From Nitrososphaerota archaeon (GTDB lineage: Archaea > Thermoproteota > Nitrososphaeria > Conexivisphaerales > UBA164), in assembly GCA_029786595.1 (NCBI GenBank), contig JAFLXO010000001.1, positions 1,332-65,331 of the forward strand: DNA of 64,000 bases, given 5' to 3'. The notes under the pieces were generated by a model. That model was not told where the DNA came from and ran no database searches. It was given only the letters and a program-made list of their open reading frames with translations. Made by a program: the position numbers and the translations under genes. Positions 49,322 to 59,930 of the stretch are shown here, piece by piece; within the stretch, counting starts at the first letter, position 1; each line of letters opens with the position of its first letter.

Positions 49322-50482
49322 GTGCATCCCAATGCCAAATTGGCCATAACTTCAAGGGCGCTGACCAGCATGAGCCTCGGCTTCATAATGGTGATCCTCC
49401 CTCTCTATCTGAACGCCATAGGGTACGGTCTGGTGACCGTCGGTCTGGTCCTGTTCATCGCCATGATCATCAACGCCCTTCTGGCGTTCCTCCTTGGGAT
49501 GGTGGCCGATCATTATGGGAGGAAGTACGTGCTGATACTGCTCTTCACCATGTTCGTGTTTTCGTCGTCTCTGTTCATTTCCATAAAAAGCGTATATGCG
49601 CTCGCCGTGCTGGCCGGCATAGCCGGGTTCACGACCGGCTCAACCGGGGGGCCAATCGGGTCCGGGGGCCCGGTCGGAGGGGTCCAGACGGCCATAATAT
49701 CTGAAACGGTCGACGCAAAGGGCATGCCGAAGCTGCTTGGCATCGCGTCAATAGTTGAAATGTCAGCCGCAATGGTGGGCTCGTTCATAATCACGGTGGC
49801 AGCATATCTTCACGTGTATATTTACGATCTCTTCTACCTGGGGGCGCTGCTGGGGTTCGCGGCCCTCGTAGCTTCATTCTTCATCAGGGACCTGAAGGTG
49901 AGGAGCAGAAGGTTCCTGCCGTCCATCTCCTACAGGAACATCCTGAAACTGAGCATCCCGACTATCCCCTGTGGGCTGGGATCTGGTTTAATAATCCCAA
50001 TCCTTTCGCTCTGGTTCAAGCTGCGGTACAACGCCCCCACTAGCGAAATAGGGATAGTGTTTGGCCTGATGAACGGTGTAACGCTGATTTCAATGTACCT
50101 GATGCCCAGGCTGTCCATGGCCATAGGCAAGCTGAAGGTCATCGTGCTGACGAGGGTCGTGGCATCCGTGGCGTTCATTCTTATGGCGTTCTCCCCGTTC
50201 TTCGCCCTCGCAGCCCTTTTCCTGATCACAAGGGGGACCTTCGCCATGGGCTCCATGCCCGTCAGGCAGTCGTTCGTTATGACCAACGTTGACCCGACCG
50301 AACGCGCTACCACAAACGGGGCCACCTCGGTGAGCCGCAATGGCGCATCTTCTTTCGGCCCCCTTATCTCCGGGTACCTTCTGCCGCTGGATTTCACCAT
50401 GATCCCCCTCTTCGGCGGGATCATAACCATGTTCGACCCGCTCTTCTATTACCTGATGTTCAGGGACCAGTGGAAAAAATAG
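49322..50482 (+). CDS. MFS transporter
   Basis: ADHYGRK motif; about 12 TM segments. Confidence 0.88.
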   Translation: MHPNAKLAITSRALTSMSLGFIMVILPLYLNAIGYGLVTVGLVLFIAMIINALLAFLLGMVADHYGRKYVLILLFTMFVFSSSLFISIKSVYALAVLAGIAGFTTGSTGGPIGSGGPVGGVQTAIISETVDAKGMPKLLGIASIVEMSAAMVGSFIITVAAYLHVYIYDLFYLGALLGFAALVASFFIRDLKVRSRRFLPSISYRNILKLSIPTIPCGLGSGLIIPILSLWFKLRYNAPTSEIGIVFGLMNGVTLISMYLMPRLSMAIGKLKVIVLTRVVASVAFILMAFSPFFALAALFLITRGTFAMGSMPVRQSFVMTNVDPTERATTNGATSVSRNGASSFGPLISGYLLPLDFTMIPLFGGIITMFDPLFYYLMFRDQWKK

Positions 50483-50750
50483 GGCCTGATTCAGGTGATG
50501 GCCATTTGGTAGTCAGCCTCTGGCCGTCAGAATTCCCAAATTCAGGAACCGGCGCCTAGGCCGGGCTCAGGCGATTGAAGCCGGATATGAGACCTCTACT
50601 CTGCTGGTGAGGCAAATAGATGTTATAGTTGGTCCAGTAGCCCATCTGCTAGCGCCTTATCCATCTCCTTCTGTTAGCATCTTCCTTACGGCGTCATTCA
50701 GGTTGGGTCCACACGCCGGTTTCCACCTTGGGATCACCCGTTAGAGGTGA

Positions 50751-51074
50751 TCATTTGGAGTGTTCATCAGCGAAGCCGCTTATCCAGGGGATATTGATGT
50801 CCCTGCCGCTGTAGGCTTCAAAGCCCACGTAGAGGCCATAGAGCCAGATCAACAGGCTTACAATGGTTGGTAGGAACGGGACGAAGAAAAGCACCAGACT
50901 GATGATTATTGACAGCAGGCCCAGCATTATGGCCTGGATACCATGCTTCCTCAGCCTCCTGTCCTGACCGGCAATGATCAGCATAATTATACCAGTAATC
51001 AGGCTCAGGACGTAGGCAAGGAAATAGAACGATTTCCTGTCAACGGTAAGTACGGTTGAACCTTCACTGGTCAT
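50751..51074 (-). CDS. Small membrane protein (DUF4870-like)
   Basis: LAYVL..ITGII..HGIQAI..AYSG...IP.I. Confidence 0.75.
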   Translation of the reverse strand: MTSEGSTVLTVDRKSFYFLAYVLSLITGIIMLIIAGQDRRLRKHGIQAIMLGLLSIIISLVLFFVPFLPTIVSLLIWLYGLYVGFEAYSGRDINIPWISGFADEHSK

Positions 51075-51263
51075 AACCAACCAAATGTAATAGCCATATT
51101 TAAGCATTTGTTTACACGGATGGCGGCACCGCACATGGAGTTCTGAAACCATTTTATCAATCGGTTCATATAACTTGCTTTAACAGGCCCTGAGGGCTAT
51201 AGCTAAGTATACCGGTAAAAAATGAAAATGAAAGGCGCTATCTTCTAAGGCACCAGGTGGATG

Positions 51264-52046
51264 CTATGACAGCAGCCGCCCTCCGTCTACGATGATCAGG
51301 CTGCCCGCCATATAGTCGGCGGCCGATGATGCCAGGAACACCGCCGCTTTGGCGATATCATCAGGCTGTCCTATCCTCCCCACCGGGATCATCCGTATGA
51401 AGGCCTCCATCATCGCCTTCATCTGCTCTGAAGATTGAGATGGCATCGATGCCCCTTCAGTGGCTATGCCGCCCGGTGCTATAGCGTTCACCAGGATTCC
51501 GTGTGGTGCCATCTCCAGGGCAAAGTTCTTCGTGAACATCAGCACCCCTCCCTTTGATGCGTCATACGCGGCCAGGCCCACCGAAGATGGATGGACGCTG
51601 TCTATCGATGCTATGTTAACTATCTTGCCTCCAGCCCCCTGCCTGATCATCTGCGCTGCGGCGGCCTTGGACAGAAAGGCAAGCGCCCTCAAGTTCAGAC
51701 GGTATACCTTGTCAAACAGCTCCTTCGTCATGTTCATCATCGGCACTGTTGGGTATATGCCTGCGTTGTTTACGAGCACATCGATTCCACCCAACTTCTT
51801 GACCGCCTCGGAAACTATCCTTTCCGGGGCATCTTCATCCAGCAGGTCAATTTCAAGGCCAAACACCTCGCCCTGTTTAGAAAGTTCGTCAACCGTCAGC
51901 TTCAGCTTATCGGCAGCCCTGTCCACCACAAGGACGCGGGCACCAGCCTCTACGAACCTGTTCACGATGCCCCTTCCGATGCCCATGGCGCCTCCGGTGA
52001 CTATCGTCCTCTTCCCCTTCAAACTGAACGGACCCCAATCGCTCAT
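51264..52046 (-). CDS. Short-chain dehydrogenase/reductase
   Basis: TGGAMGIG, NNAG, YDASK. Confidence 0.95.
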   Translation of the reverse strand: MSDWGPFSLKGKRTIVTGGAMGIGRGIVNRFVEAGARVLVVDRAADKLKLTVDELSKQGEVFGLEIDLLDEDAPERIVSEAVKKLGGIDVLVNNAGIYPTVPMMNMTKELFDKVYRLNLRALAFLSKAAAAQMIRQGAGGKIVNIASIDSVHPSSVGLAAYDASKGGVLMFTKNFALEMAPHGILVNAIAPGGIATEGASMPSQSSEQMKAMMEAFIRMIPVGRIGQPDDIAKAAVFLASSAADYMAGSLIIVDGGRLLS

Positions 52047-52367
52047 AAGGTAATTTGCATGTTGCCCCTTAATACGCCTTCTGATAAGTCCTGAACGCTT
52101 TAAGGCCTGTGCCGAAGGTGAGCCTTATTGGCGGCCAGCAAGCGGTTAGCGGGGGGGGAGGGGGGAGGGCCCAAATCGAGTGACAGGGCTCAGGACGATA
52201 AAAGGATGGTCAAAATGGTCCGCTCTAAAGCCCATGACCAAGCCCCCCATCGTTCCGATGATTTATGGTGTATCATATCCAGCGATGTTAAAGTGCTAAC
52301 TCTGGGGGCTCAGCTCAAGGAGGTGCGCGCGGACTTCCCAGCAAGTCAGCCATGCCTTTCCGGGCCT

Positions 52368-54044
52368 TCAGGCTAACCTGCTGGCGAGTTCTGGAAAGAA
52401 GCTGGGCAGCAGCCTGACCCATTCGTCGCCTACGAACATCAGGGTGGCCCTGTCCTCCGGACCCCTTATCGCCCTCCCTACAGCCTGCCTGACCGCTATC
52501 CTGGCCCTTTCAACTACATAGTCCCACTTGACCCTGTCGCCGCGCATCTTCGCCAGGTCATCAAGAAACGGGTCGCGTACGTTTGGGAACGGGACCCCCA
52601 GCAGTATTATGGACTTCAGCGTCGACCTTCCACCGGAGATGAACTCCACCCCCTCGACAAGCTTCCCACCGGCGTGTGCGACTATTACCCCGGAGGTGGG
52701 AGCGTCGCTCGCCAGCGTCCCCCTGCCCTCCACGTACCACCTGTCCTTGAACCAGCCTGCAATCGACTTTGAAGGTGCAACCACCAGCGTAATGCCACCG
52801 CTGTTCGTCCTTCTTTCGCCGTCAATTATCCCGCCAACAAGCTCCTTCACCCTTTCCCTGTCCGCGCTGCGCCTGGAATAGCTCAGTGAAACGCCGGTGA
52901 ACGGCCTGACCGGGGTTATCATCTTCGGATCGGCCGTCCATGACCAGGGCGGCCCTTCGCGTATTATCACGAAGTCCTTCAGCCCAAGGACATCCTTCAT
53001 GTACGCGGCGCTGGGTGGGGTACCGCTCAGGGCAATCCATGGTGGCCCATGAGTCAGCGACCTGGTGAGATAGCCGGGATCAACGGGCCTGAGCCTGATC
53101 TCGGGCTCCCTGCCCTTTATAACATCATCCTCCCTTCCGCTCCTGTGCCAGCGCCACAGGTCCTTCCCCCCTTTTAGTAGCTCCAGCGCCGAATAGAGGT
53201 GGCTCAGCGGGTCAACTTCATCGTCGTCGCCAGCGATGAGCCCGTTGGTTGGCGGGAGGTCGGGCTCATCACCCCCCTTTACCCAGGCCTCCAGCGACCC
53301 TATCCAGGCCCTTGTTTCTTCGCTCCACCTGGGGATGCTTCGGTTCCCGGGCGATGATATGGTCAGGACGTCGGCCTTGTTCTCCGCATAGTCCTTTAGC
53401 CAGCCCAGCCAGGAAGGCGTTATGGATATCTCGGCAAGGCTGTTTATATCAACGAAGTTATGGAACTCATCGAAGATGTGAACTTCACAGCCCGTGTCGA
53501 CCACGCCGGGCAGCAGGAACCTTGCATTATACGTGTAGAGCTTGACCTTTGTGGCCGCCTTCCTTGAAAACCAGTACCCGCACTTCTTACGGTCCCCCCT
53601 TACGAACCGCCTGATCCCAAGCTCCGATATTCGTGAAACTTCGAAGTCGGGCGAATTGTAGACGCAGCTGCCTTCAACGTACATCGACGCAGGCAGGTCG
53701 GACCTGCCCCCCTTCGACGCGCGTCTGGCCCCCTTTACGCATGGAGGCAGGGCGACCGGGAACCCCTTCTTCTGGGCCCTCGCCCATTTGCACACCCTGG
53801 CCTTTCCATAAAGGCCGCTGAAGGTGAGCCCAAGGCTTCTGGCTGCCATTTCCCACGGCTCGTACTGGCTCAGCGTCCTCGTAAATACGGCGCTGCGCCC
53901 GTAGACCGAGTGCGCTGCATAGAGGGAGGTGATGGTCTTACCGGAGCCCGTCGGCATATCCAGCACTACGTTCTTCCCCCTTTTCAGTGCGCTGATGGCC
54001 TCCTTGGCCGCCCGCATCTGGTAATCCCTGAGCTCTACCGTCAA
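52368..54044 (-). CDS. XPD/DinG-like SF2 helicase (divergent)
   Basis: LRDYQ, PTGSGKT, DEFH, LSGT, EGVEF, GVPFP, QAVGRAIR; four spaced Cys. Confidence 0.85.
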   Translation of the reverse strand: MTVELRDYQMRAAKEAISALKRGKNVVLDMPTGSGKTITSLYAAHSVYGRSAVFTRTLSQYEPWEMAARSLGLTFSGLYGKARVCKWARAQKKGFPVALPPCVKGARRASKGGRSDLPASMYVEGSCVYNSPDFEVSRISELGIRRFVRGDRKKCGYWFSRKAATKVKLYTYNARFLLPGVVDTGCEVHIFDEFHNFVDINSLAEISITPSWLGWLKDYAENKADVLTISSPGNRSIPRWSEETRAWIGSLEAWVKGGDEPDLPPTNGLIAGDDDEVDPLSHLYSALELLKGGKDLWRWHRSGREDDVIKGREPEIRLRPVDPGYLTRSLTHGPPWIALSGTPPSAAYMKDVLGLKDFVIIREGPPWSWTADPKMITPVRPFTGVSLSYSRRSADRERVKELVGGIIDGERRTNSGGITLVVAPSKSIAGWFKDRWYVEGRGTLASDAPTSGVIVAHAGGKLVEGVEFISGGRSTLKSIILLGVPFPNVRDPFLDDLAKMRGDRVKWDYVVERARIAVRQAVGRAIRGPEDRATLMFVGDEWVRLLPSFFPELASRLA

Positions 54045-54244
54045 ACGCTACCCCCCCCGGTCTTAATATCCGGCCGTTGATAAACCCGTCATGGCATCGG
54101 CCAGCCGATTACAGCAACATAAGCCCATCTGCGTTTGTACGGTCCCCCTGATTACAGGATAAATGTAGCTGCTGGAAAGGGGTTCAATGGCAATGATCAA
54201 AAAAATAAAAGTATGTAGTTAATTGATTAAAGGTCGGGAAAAAA

Positions 54245-54310
54245 TTAAGATTTCTTTGCGGCCTTCGCGTCCTTCTTTGCGGCCTTCTTAGCCTTAGGCG
54301 TTCGATACAC
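54245..54310 (-). CDS. Putative Lys/Ala-rich micropeptide
   Basis: (V)YRTPKAKKAAKKDAKAAKKS*; AT-rich upstream region; T7 run after the stop. Confidence 0.45.
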   Translation of the reverse strand: MYRTPKAKKAAKKDAKAAKKS

Positions 54311-54574
54311 CTCGATTATATATCACCATCTTACTATTTTAATGTTTCTAAAATTTAATTTTTAGGCTGCACAATCTCTATGGATTATAAATTGTGTATT
54401 TAGTGGGCAAATTTTCAAGGAAGTTTAATGCACAGTTGAACGGCAAACTGAAGCGGGGTGCAGCCTTTGGTCAATGCATCTTCGGATATATGCAAGGTCA
54501 GGCGGAGGAGACTCTGGTTCATATGTTCTCAATCTTTGAAAAGATTTATTATGGGTTCAGTGTTAGTCATTGAC

Positions 54575-54901
54575 ATGTCATCCGAAGACAAGCTTTCCAC
54601 ATTCCTGAAGACCGGCCCTGACTGGGGCAGGCTCAAGACCTCCGTGCCGGGCATATTCGTCCTGAAGATGCCTGCGTATAAGAGCAGCCCGGCCAGGCTG
54701 GCGATCGAGCTGAACCCTACGGACGATTCCGGCTCCCCAACAAAGAAGAGGGGACTGGTGCTCAGGTCGTCCGATGAGCTCGAAGAGTACAAGGTTATCT
54801 TTCAGTACGATAAGCTGGTCCCCCTGCTGAAGTCTGTCGACGCCCTGAACCCAAAGGTGAAGAGGGCGCCGAAGATGGGGGAGGACGTCCTCGAAATCTG
54901 A
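54575..54901 (+). CDS. Hypothetical protein
   Basis: 108-aa ORF, GC-rich codons after an AT-rich intergenic region. Confidence 0.75.
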   Translation: MSSEDKLSTFLKTGPDWGRLKTSVPGIFVLKMPAYKSSPARLAIELNPTDDSGSPTKKRGLVLRSSDELEEYKVIFQYDKLVPLLKSVDALNPKVKRAPKMGEDVLEI

Positions 54902-54956
54902 TGCGTAATCCTGACAGGCCCATCCTACCGGTTTAACATGTGTTAAGGGGCGCGGC

Positions 54957-57113
54957 TTGGACTACGTTTCTCACCCGCTGATCTACGAAGGAACGGTCGA
55001 GGACAGGGAGTACCAGCGGGTTATATCGGGGGCGGCCAGGGCTAGGAATACGCTGGTAGTGCTTCCCACCGCCCTGGGCAAGACCGTGATCTCCGCGCTT
55101 GTGGCAGCTGACCTGCTGTACAGCTACCGGGGCAGGAGGGTGCTGGTGATGGCGCCCACCAGGCCTCTGTGCGTGCAGCATCTGGAGACCTTCAGAAGGA
55201 TCATCAGGCTTCCCGAGGACGATTTTGTACTGCTGACCGGCAGGACCGGCGCCACGTTCAGGGAGGCCGTATGGGCCGGCCGGCCCAGGGTGGTATTCGC
55301 TACGCCCCAGGTGGTAAGGAATGACCTGCTTGCGGGGAGGATGTCGCTCGAAGGGTTCGGCCTGCTGGTGTTCGACGAATGCCACAGGTCCGTAAAGGAG
55401 TACGCCTATACGGAGATAGCAAGCCAGTATGCCTCCACCCCAGGCTACCCGCTGATACTCGGCATGACCGCGTCTCCCGGCTCGGATATCGAAAGGGTGA
55501 AGGCGATCTGCCGCTCCCTGTCCGTGGAGCACGTTGAATACAGGAACGACGATGACGCCGATGTCAGGCCGTACATACAGCCGGTGACCGTGGAGTCAAT
55601 TACGGTTGATCTCCCCCCGGAGTACGGGCCGGTCAGGGACGCGCTTAAGGGCATGCTGGATGAAAGGGTAAAATGGCTTCAGGCGAGGGGTTATCTGAAG
55701 GGTGCCTATAGGGGAGTTTCACGGAGGCAGTTGCTCGAGCTGGGGATAGAGCTTAGGTATGCCGCGGAGATGAGCATAGAGGAGGAGAGGGGACCAATCT
55801 ACGCCGTCATTTCAAGGCAGGCGTCGGCGCTCACCATCTTTCATATGATCGAGCTTTTGGAGGCGCAGGGGGCTCACACCCTCAGGGCGTTCGTGGATCG
55901 CATGGCAGATGAAGGCGGTGAGAACAGGGGCCACAGCGCCATCCTTGACGATGAAGCATTTGCCTTTGTGCGAAGGTTCCTGGAGGGTGATCACGCGGTG
56001 GAACATCCAAAGGTGGAGGCCCTCAGGGGGCTGCTGGAGGAGCAGTTCAGGGGAGGTTCGGGGACGGGTTCGAGGGCTCTCGTTTTTACGCAGTACCGTG
56101 ACACGGCGGCCCACCTGGTGGAGGTGCTGAACGGGGTTAAGGGGATAGTCGCGGAGAGGTTCGTTGGCCAGGCCTCCAGGCCCCATGATAGGGGCCTGAC
56201 GCAGGACAGGCAGGGATCCCTGATAAGGGACCTGAGGGATGGTCTTTTGAATACGCTCGTCGCCACCTCCATAGCCGAAGAGGGGCTGGACATTCCGCAG
56301 GTGGACTTGGTGGTCTTTTACGAGCCCATCCCCTCGGAGATCAGGTACATACAGAGGAGGGGGAGGACCGGGAGGCGTGCAGCCGGCCGGGCGGTCATCT
56401 TGGCAACGCGTGATACGCTGGATATGATCTACCTCTACGTATCCCAGGGCAGGGTGGAGCGGATGAGGGGCATAGCGCAGAGGCTGAACGCGGTGCTGAA
56501 GCCGGTCATCAGGCCCGGGCAAAGGCCGGCACCCGATCCGCTGTCTCAGGGTGAGCTGGACCAGATATATTCCAGGACCGCATCGAAGCCGGAGCCGATG
56601 TCAGGTTCGGCGCTGGATTCGGAGAAGGAAAGGCTTTCGGCGATGGCCAGGCTGGTGTCCAGGGCCGAGAGGTCGATATACATGAAGGTGCTTGAAGGCG
56701 GGACGGCGGGGACGGCCGATAAGGCCCTGTACAGGGAGATGGAGGAGGAGGGGTTCTCGCGTGAAGTGGTACGGGCCGCCATGGCAAGGCTCGTTGGGGC
56801 GAAGCACGTTGCCGAGGCTCCAAAGGCGCGGGAGGGGACACCGTCCGCCGTCCCTTCGGTGATATCCATCCCCCAGAAGGATATACCGGGAACCAGGCTG
56901 ATGAGTATAGAGGTCGAAAGGGTGGAGCCCGGGCGGGTCCTAGTCCAGGTGGACGGAAGGTGGATGGCCAGTCTGCTCCCCGAAAACTACGATGGTCCCA
57001 GAGAGCTTCTGAAAAGGGGAAGGAGCTTCGAGGCCCTGTGCTACCTTTACCATGATGAGGGAGGCGCCCTGCTCTTGAGAGTCAGACGGGTGGTGAAGGC
57101 GGGCCTTCCCTGA
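54957..57113 (+). CDS. Hef/FANCM-like SF2 helicase without ERCC4 nuclease domain
   Basis: REYQ, PTALGKT, DECH, TASPG, EEGLDIP, IQRRGRTGR. Confidence 0.9.
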   Translation: MDYVSHPLIYEGTVEDREYQRVISGAARARNTLVVLPTALGKTVISALVAADLLYSYRGRRVLVMAPTRPLCVQHLETFRRIIRLPEDDFVLLTGRTGATFREAVWAGRPRVVFATPQVVRNDLLAGRMSLEGFGLLVFDECHRSVKEYAYTEIASQYASTPGYPLILGMTASPGSDIERVKAICRSLSVEHVEYRNDDDADVRPYIQPVTVESITVDLPPEYGPVRDALKGMLDERVKWLQARGYLKGAYRGVSRRQLLELGIELRYAAEMSIEEERGPIYAVISRQASALTIFHMIELLEAQGAHTLRAFVDRMADEGGENRGHSAILDDEAFAFVRRFLEGDHAVEHPKVEALRGLLEEQFRGGSGTGSRALVFTQYRDTAAHLVEVLNGVKGIVAERFVGQASRPHDRGLTQDRQGSLIRDLRDGLLNTLVATSIAEEGLDIPQVDLVVFYEPIPSEIRYIQRRGRTGRRAAGRAVILATRDTLDMIYLYVSQGRVERMRGIAQRLNAVLKPVIRPGQRPAPDPLSQGELDQIYSRTASKPEPMSGSALDSEKERLSAMARLVSRAERSIYMKVLEGGTAGTADKALYREMEEEGFSREVVRAAMARLVGAKHVAEAPKAREGTPSAVPSVISIPQKDIPGTRLMSIEVERVEPGRVLVQVDGRWMASLLPENYDGPRELLKRGRSFEALCYLYHDEGGALLLRVRRVVKAGLP

Positions 57114-57138
57114 CACCGTGAGTCAGGGCCGAATCTGT

Positions 57139-57441
57139 TCAGAGCTCGGTCGATACGACGGTGAGCTTTCCGTATCTGCCTACGTTAAGCCTCAGCTCCC
57201 CCCTGAACGAATTGGTGTATCCGTTCTCAATTTTCACGGAATCCCCCTCCTTCACTTGCTCGATGCCCTCGTTCCAGAGGGTGAGGGTAATGGTCCCTGA
57301 GCTGTCCTTTAGGAGGCAATCGGCCACTAGGGCCGTTTCCCCGGTCCTCTGCAGCCTTACCTCCCGGGGCTCACCCTTCTTCGCTATTACCCCTTCGACG
57401 CTGACCGCCCTCTGCCCGTCATAAAGTTCCTTGATATTCAT
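57139..57441 (-). CDS. ssb: Single OB-fold ssDNA-binding protein
   Basis: LKDSSGTITLTLWN...IENGY..FRGELRLNVGRYG. Confidence 0.88.
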   Translation of the reverse strand: MNIKELYDGQRAVSVEGVIAKKGEPREVRLQRTGETALVADCLLKDSSGTITLTLWNEGIEQVKEGDSVKIENGYTNSFRGELRLNVGRYGKLTVVSTEL

Positions 57442-57723
57442 TAAATGAAGGAAAACGGCGGATTATTTAAGCATTTTAACAGGTGCACGGGCCGCGCATC
57501 GCGGAGTCCGTCATTGTCGGTTAGGAAGGGCCTCAACCCTTCCGGAATCGCTGTCTATGGATTCCGCCGCAGTTCGCCGGCCTGGAAGGTGGTGGTACCG
57601 GGCCCATTTACGGTGACAGCCGGCAGATCGACCTGCATTGTAATACAGGCGCCGGTCCGCCCGTCAATAAATGAGGACGCTGGCTATAGGATGCGGACTT
57701 CCGTTTGATTAAAGCATGTATGC

Positions 57724-57987
57724 CTAATATTTTTTATCTTCGTTATAGTATTCTTCAGCCTTCATCCTTTTGCCTTCCAAGTCGTATGTGTACACCTTCC
57801 CCTCCTCTTCATCCGTAACCAACCTGTGATGGCCATCGCAGAACGGCTTGTTCTGGGACAGGCCGCATGCGCACAGGTGCATGGTGTAGTTGAGCACCTT
57901 TTCATCAGAACTTATGTTGCTGAAGCCTGGGATGTCGCCCAATCTCACGGAATACGGTTTCCTCCTGCTATGAATTATGGATCTCAT
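57724..57987 (-). CDS. CDGSH iron-sulfur domain protein
   Basis: CACGLSQNKPFCDGHH. Confidence 0.88.
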   Translation of the reverse strand: MRSIIHSRRKPYSVRLGDIPGFSNISSDEKVLNYTMHLCACGLSQNKPFCDGHHRLVTDEEEGKVYTYDLEGKRMKAEEYYNEDKKY

Positions 57988-58234
57988 GCTGTGCCTTCGC
58001 TGGACATTTCTAATAAGCGTTGCTCAAATCTTTAAGTCAAATTTGCCCATAGCGCCCGCTTCAGGGCTTCATGCTTTTTTTACCGCGCTTGTATGCGCCA
58101 AAATGGGAAGGCTGGCATCAAGCTTCCCAACATCTGGCGCCTGGTCCAGCGGTGATGGTTGCAAGTCCTTCGGAAGGAGCCTTTTTGCGTCAAAATGAAT
58201 AAATATTTGAGGTTCGAGCTACAAGCAGTGACGC

Positions 58235-58310
58235 GCGGCCGTCGTCTAGTCTGGTCTAGGACGTCAGCCCTCCAAGCTGAGGATCGCGGGTTCAAATCCC
58301 GCCGACCGCA
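58235..58310 (+). tRNA. tRNA-Gly(TCC), atypical (C33; C5:A68 mismatch)
   Basis: GCGGCCG/CGACCGC; TCAGC-CCTCCAA-GCTGA; GCGGG-TTCAAAT-CCCGC. Confidence 0.88.
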
Positions 58311-58907
58311 TCCTGATACATGCTACCGATTTTCTATCTCCCGGGGACCTTGCAGATGGTTTGGTTCATCTCTGTATTACTATGTATTTATTGTGAGACC
58401 CATTTCGGCCTTACTCCACCAAAGGTCCTGAAAGGGGGATCGTCGGTTGCGCAGACCATCAAAAGGCCTATGGCAGTAGCGCCTGTTATAGCGTCTGCCA
58501 TTGGACCTTGTCTATTTAATCCTATTATTTTTTATTATTTATAAATTTAACCCTATTAAATTTATTTGCCACCTCCAGATATCTTATGTATGTCCACCTA
58601 TCAGGCCCGCTCTGTGGTGGATGCCTTCCATATTGTACAGGCTGGCAGGCCTGCCGCCGTAAAGTATCCGGCCATATCAGATTGCCAGCTCAATTTCGGA
58701 CCCCTTGGATTCAAAGCCGTTAACTCGATCCCTCTACTCACTAGGATAGGGCCTGTATTCTGAAGGGGATGTGCCGTTGCTGCCGCTTTGGTTACCACCG
58801 ATGCCATTTGATATGGCCTTCATCTTCTTGCTCAGGGGATTACCCGCCGCCGAAAAAATCCCTAATACCTTTATAAATTGCGCCGTCAACAGAGCATCTG
58901 ATAACAG

Positions 58908-59345
58908 ATGAGCGGCAACCAGGCCGATTGGAACGCATGGAATGCGCAGGCCATTATAGAGTTCCGCAGGAACCACGGAAAGGTGGGAGGCAATTTTGAA
59001 GGCGCACCGCTTCTGCTTCTTCATCACATAGGCGCACGCAGCGGCAAGCCGCGCATCAATCCGATGATGTACCTTAAGGACGGGGATCGCTACCTGGTCT
59101 TCGCTTCAAAGGGGGGATCGGACACCAGCCCTGACTGGTACCATAACATCAAGGCGCACCCTGATGTCCAGATAGAGGTCGGAGACGAGACGATCGATGT
59201 CCGCGCCGAGGAGGTCACCGGCCGTGAGCGCGACAGGCTCTACGCTCGTCAGGCCTCACTATATCCCAGCTTCGCTGAATATCAGCGCCGAACCAAGAGG
59301 ATCATCCCAGTGATCGCGTTGATCCCCCGGGCCGTGCGAAGGTAG
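58908..59345 (+). CDS. Deazaflavin (F420)-dependent nitroreductase family (Ddn-like)
   Basis: EFRRN.GKVGG; GARSGKPR; ASKGG..PDWYHN; YQ..T.RIIPV. Confidence 0.9.
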   Translation: MSGNQADWNAWNAQAIIEFRRNHGKVGGNFEGAPLLLLHHIGARSGKPRINPMMYLKDGDRYLVFASKGGSDTSPDWYHNIKAHPDVQIEVGDETIDVRAEEVTGRERDRLYARQASLYPSFAEYQRRTKRIIPVIALIPRAVRR

Positions 59346-59563
59346 CCATTCTCCTCATCGTGCGTTCCCTCCCGGATGAGGGTGATGGGTTACGATTGTG
59401 CATTCATATTGAACCTTCAGCCCCTGTTGCCAGATCATTAATGTCTTTCGGGGAGCCGGCAAGGAAGAGGCCAATGAAGGGGTTTGCTACCTCCCAAACA
59501 AGAGTTTGAGCTTACCTAAATTTTGTATCCACTCAGATAGACGATTGCAGTTTGGCGATGGCC

Positions 59564-59911
59564 TCACTGGCTTTTCAGTAGCTTGAACAGGATAGCGGTT
59601 AGCCTGTTGTAGGTCTCCACCTTCATCCGGCCGATCTTCATCCTGACGAGCCGCTGGCTCACGCTGAAGACCCTATCCACCTTCGCCTTGCTGTCGACGA
59701 TCAGCCTGCCGCTTTCCAAGTCCTTGTTGGTGATCAGCACCGCGTAGTCCCTGAATTTCAGGTTGGACGTGATCGGAACCGCTATAAAATCCTCAGAGCT
59801 GCGGTTATATCCGTCGTTCGACATAACTATGGCAGGCCTCACCTTGGAACTCTTAAGGTCGGAGAACGGGAACGACAGCAGCACGATGTCACGCTGGGAT
59901 AGCATCGTCAT
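59564..59911 (-). CDS. PemK/MazF-family toxin
   Basis: DIVLLSFPFSD...KVRPAIVMS...VPITS. Confidence 0.9.
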   Translation of the reverse strand: MTMLSQRDIVLLSFPFSDLKSSKVRPAIVMSNDGYNRSSEDFIAVPITSNLKFRDYAVLITNKDLESGRLIVDSKAKVDRVFSVSQRLVRMKIGRMKVETYNRLTAILFKLLKSQ

Positions 59912-59930
59912 CGAACCCTGGCGTTCAGGT

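Noticed and set aside
52151-52169. G-tract, with a C8 run at 54051-54058, flanking the DinG-like helicase; possible G-quadruplex or phase variation
   Set aside because: Both are intergenic with no frame effect and no further support.
58566-58830. Short ORFs, or an att duplicate of the tRNA-Gly 3' end
   Set aside because: No recognisable protein and no convincing direct repeat in the window.
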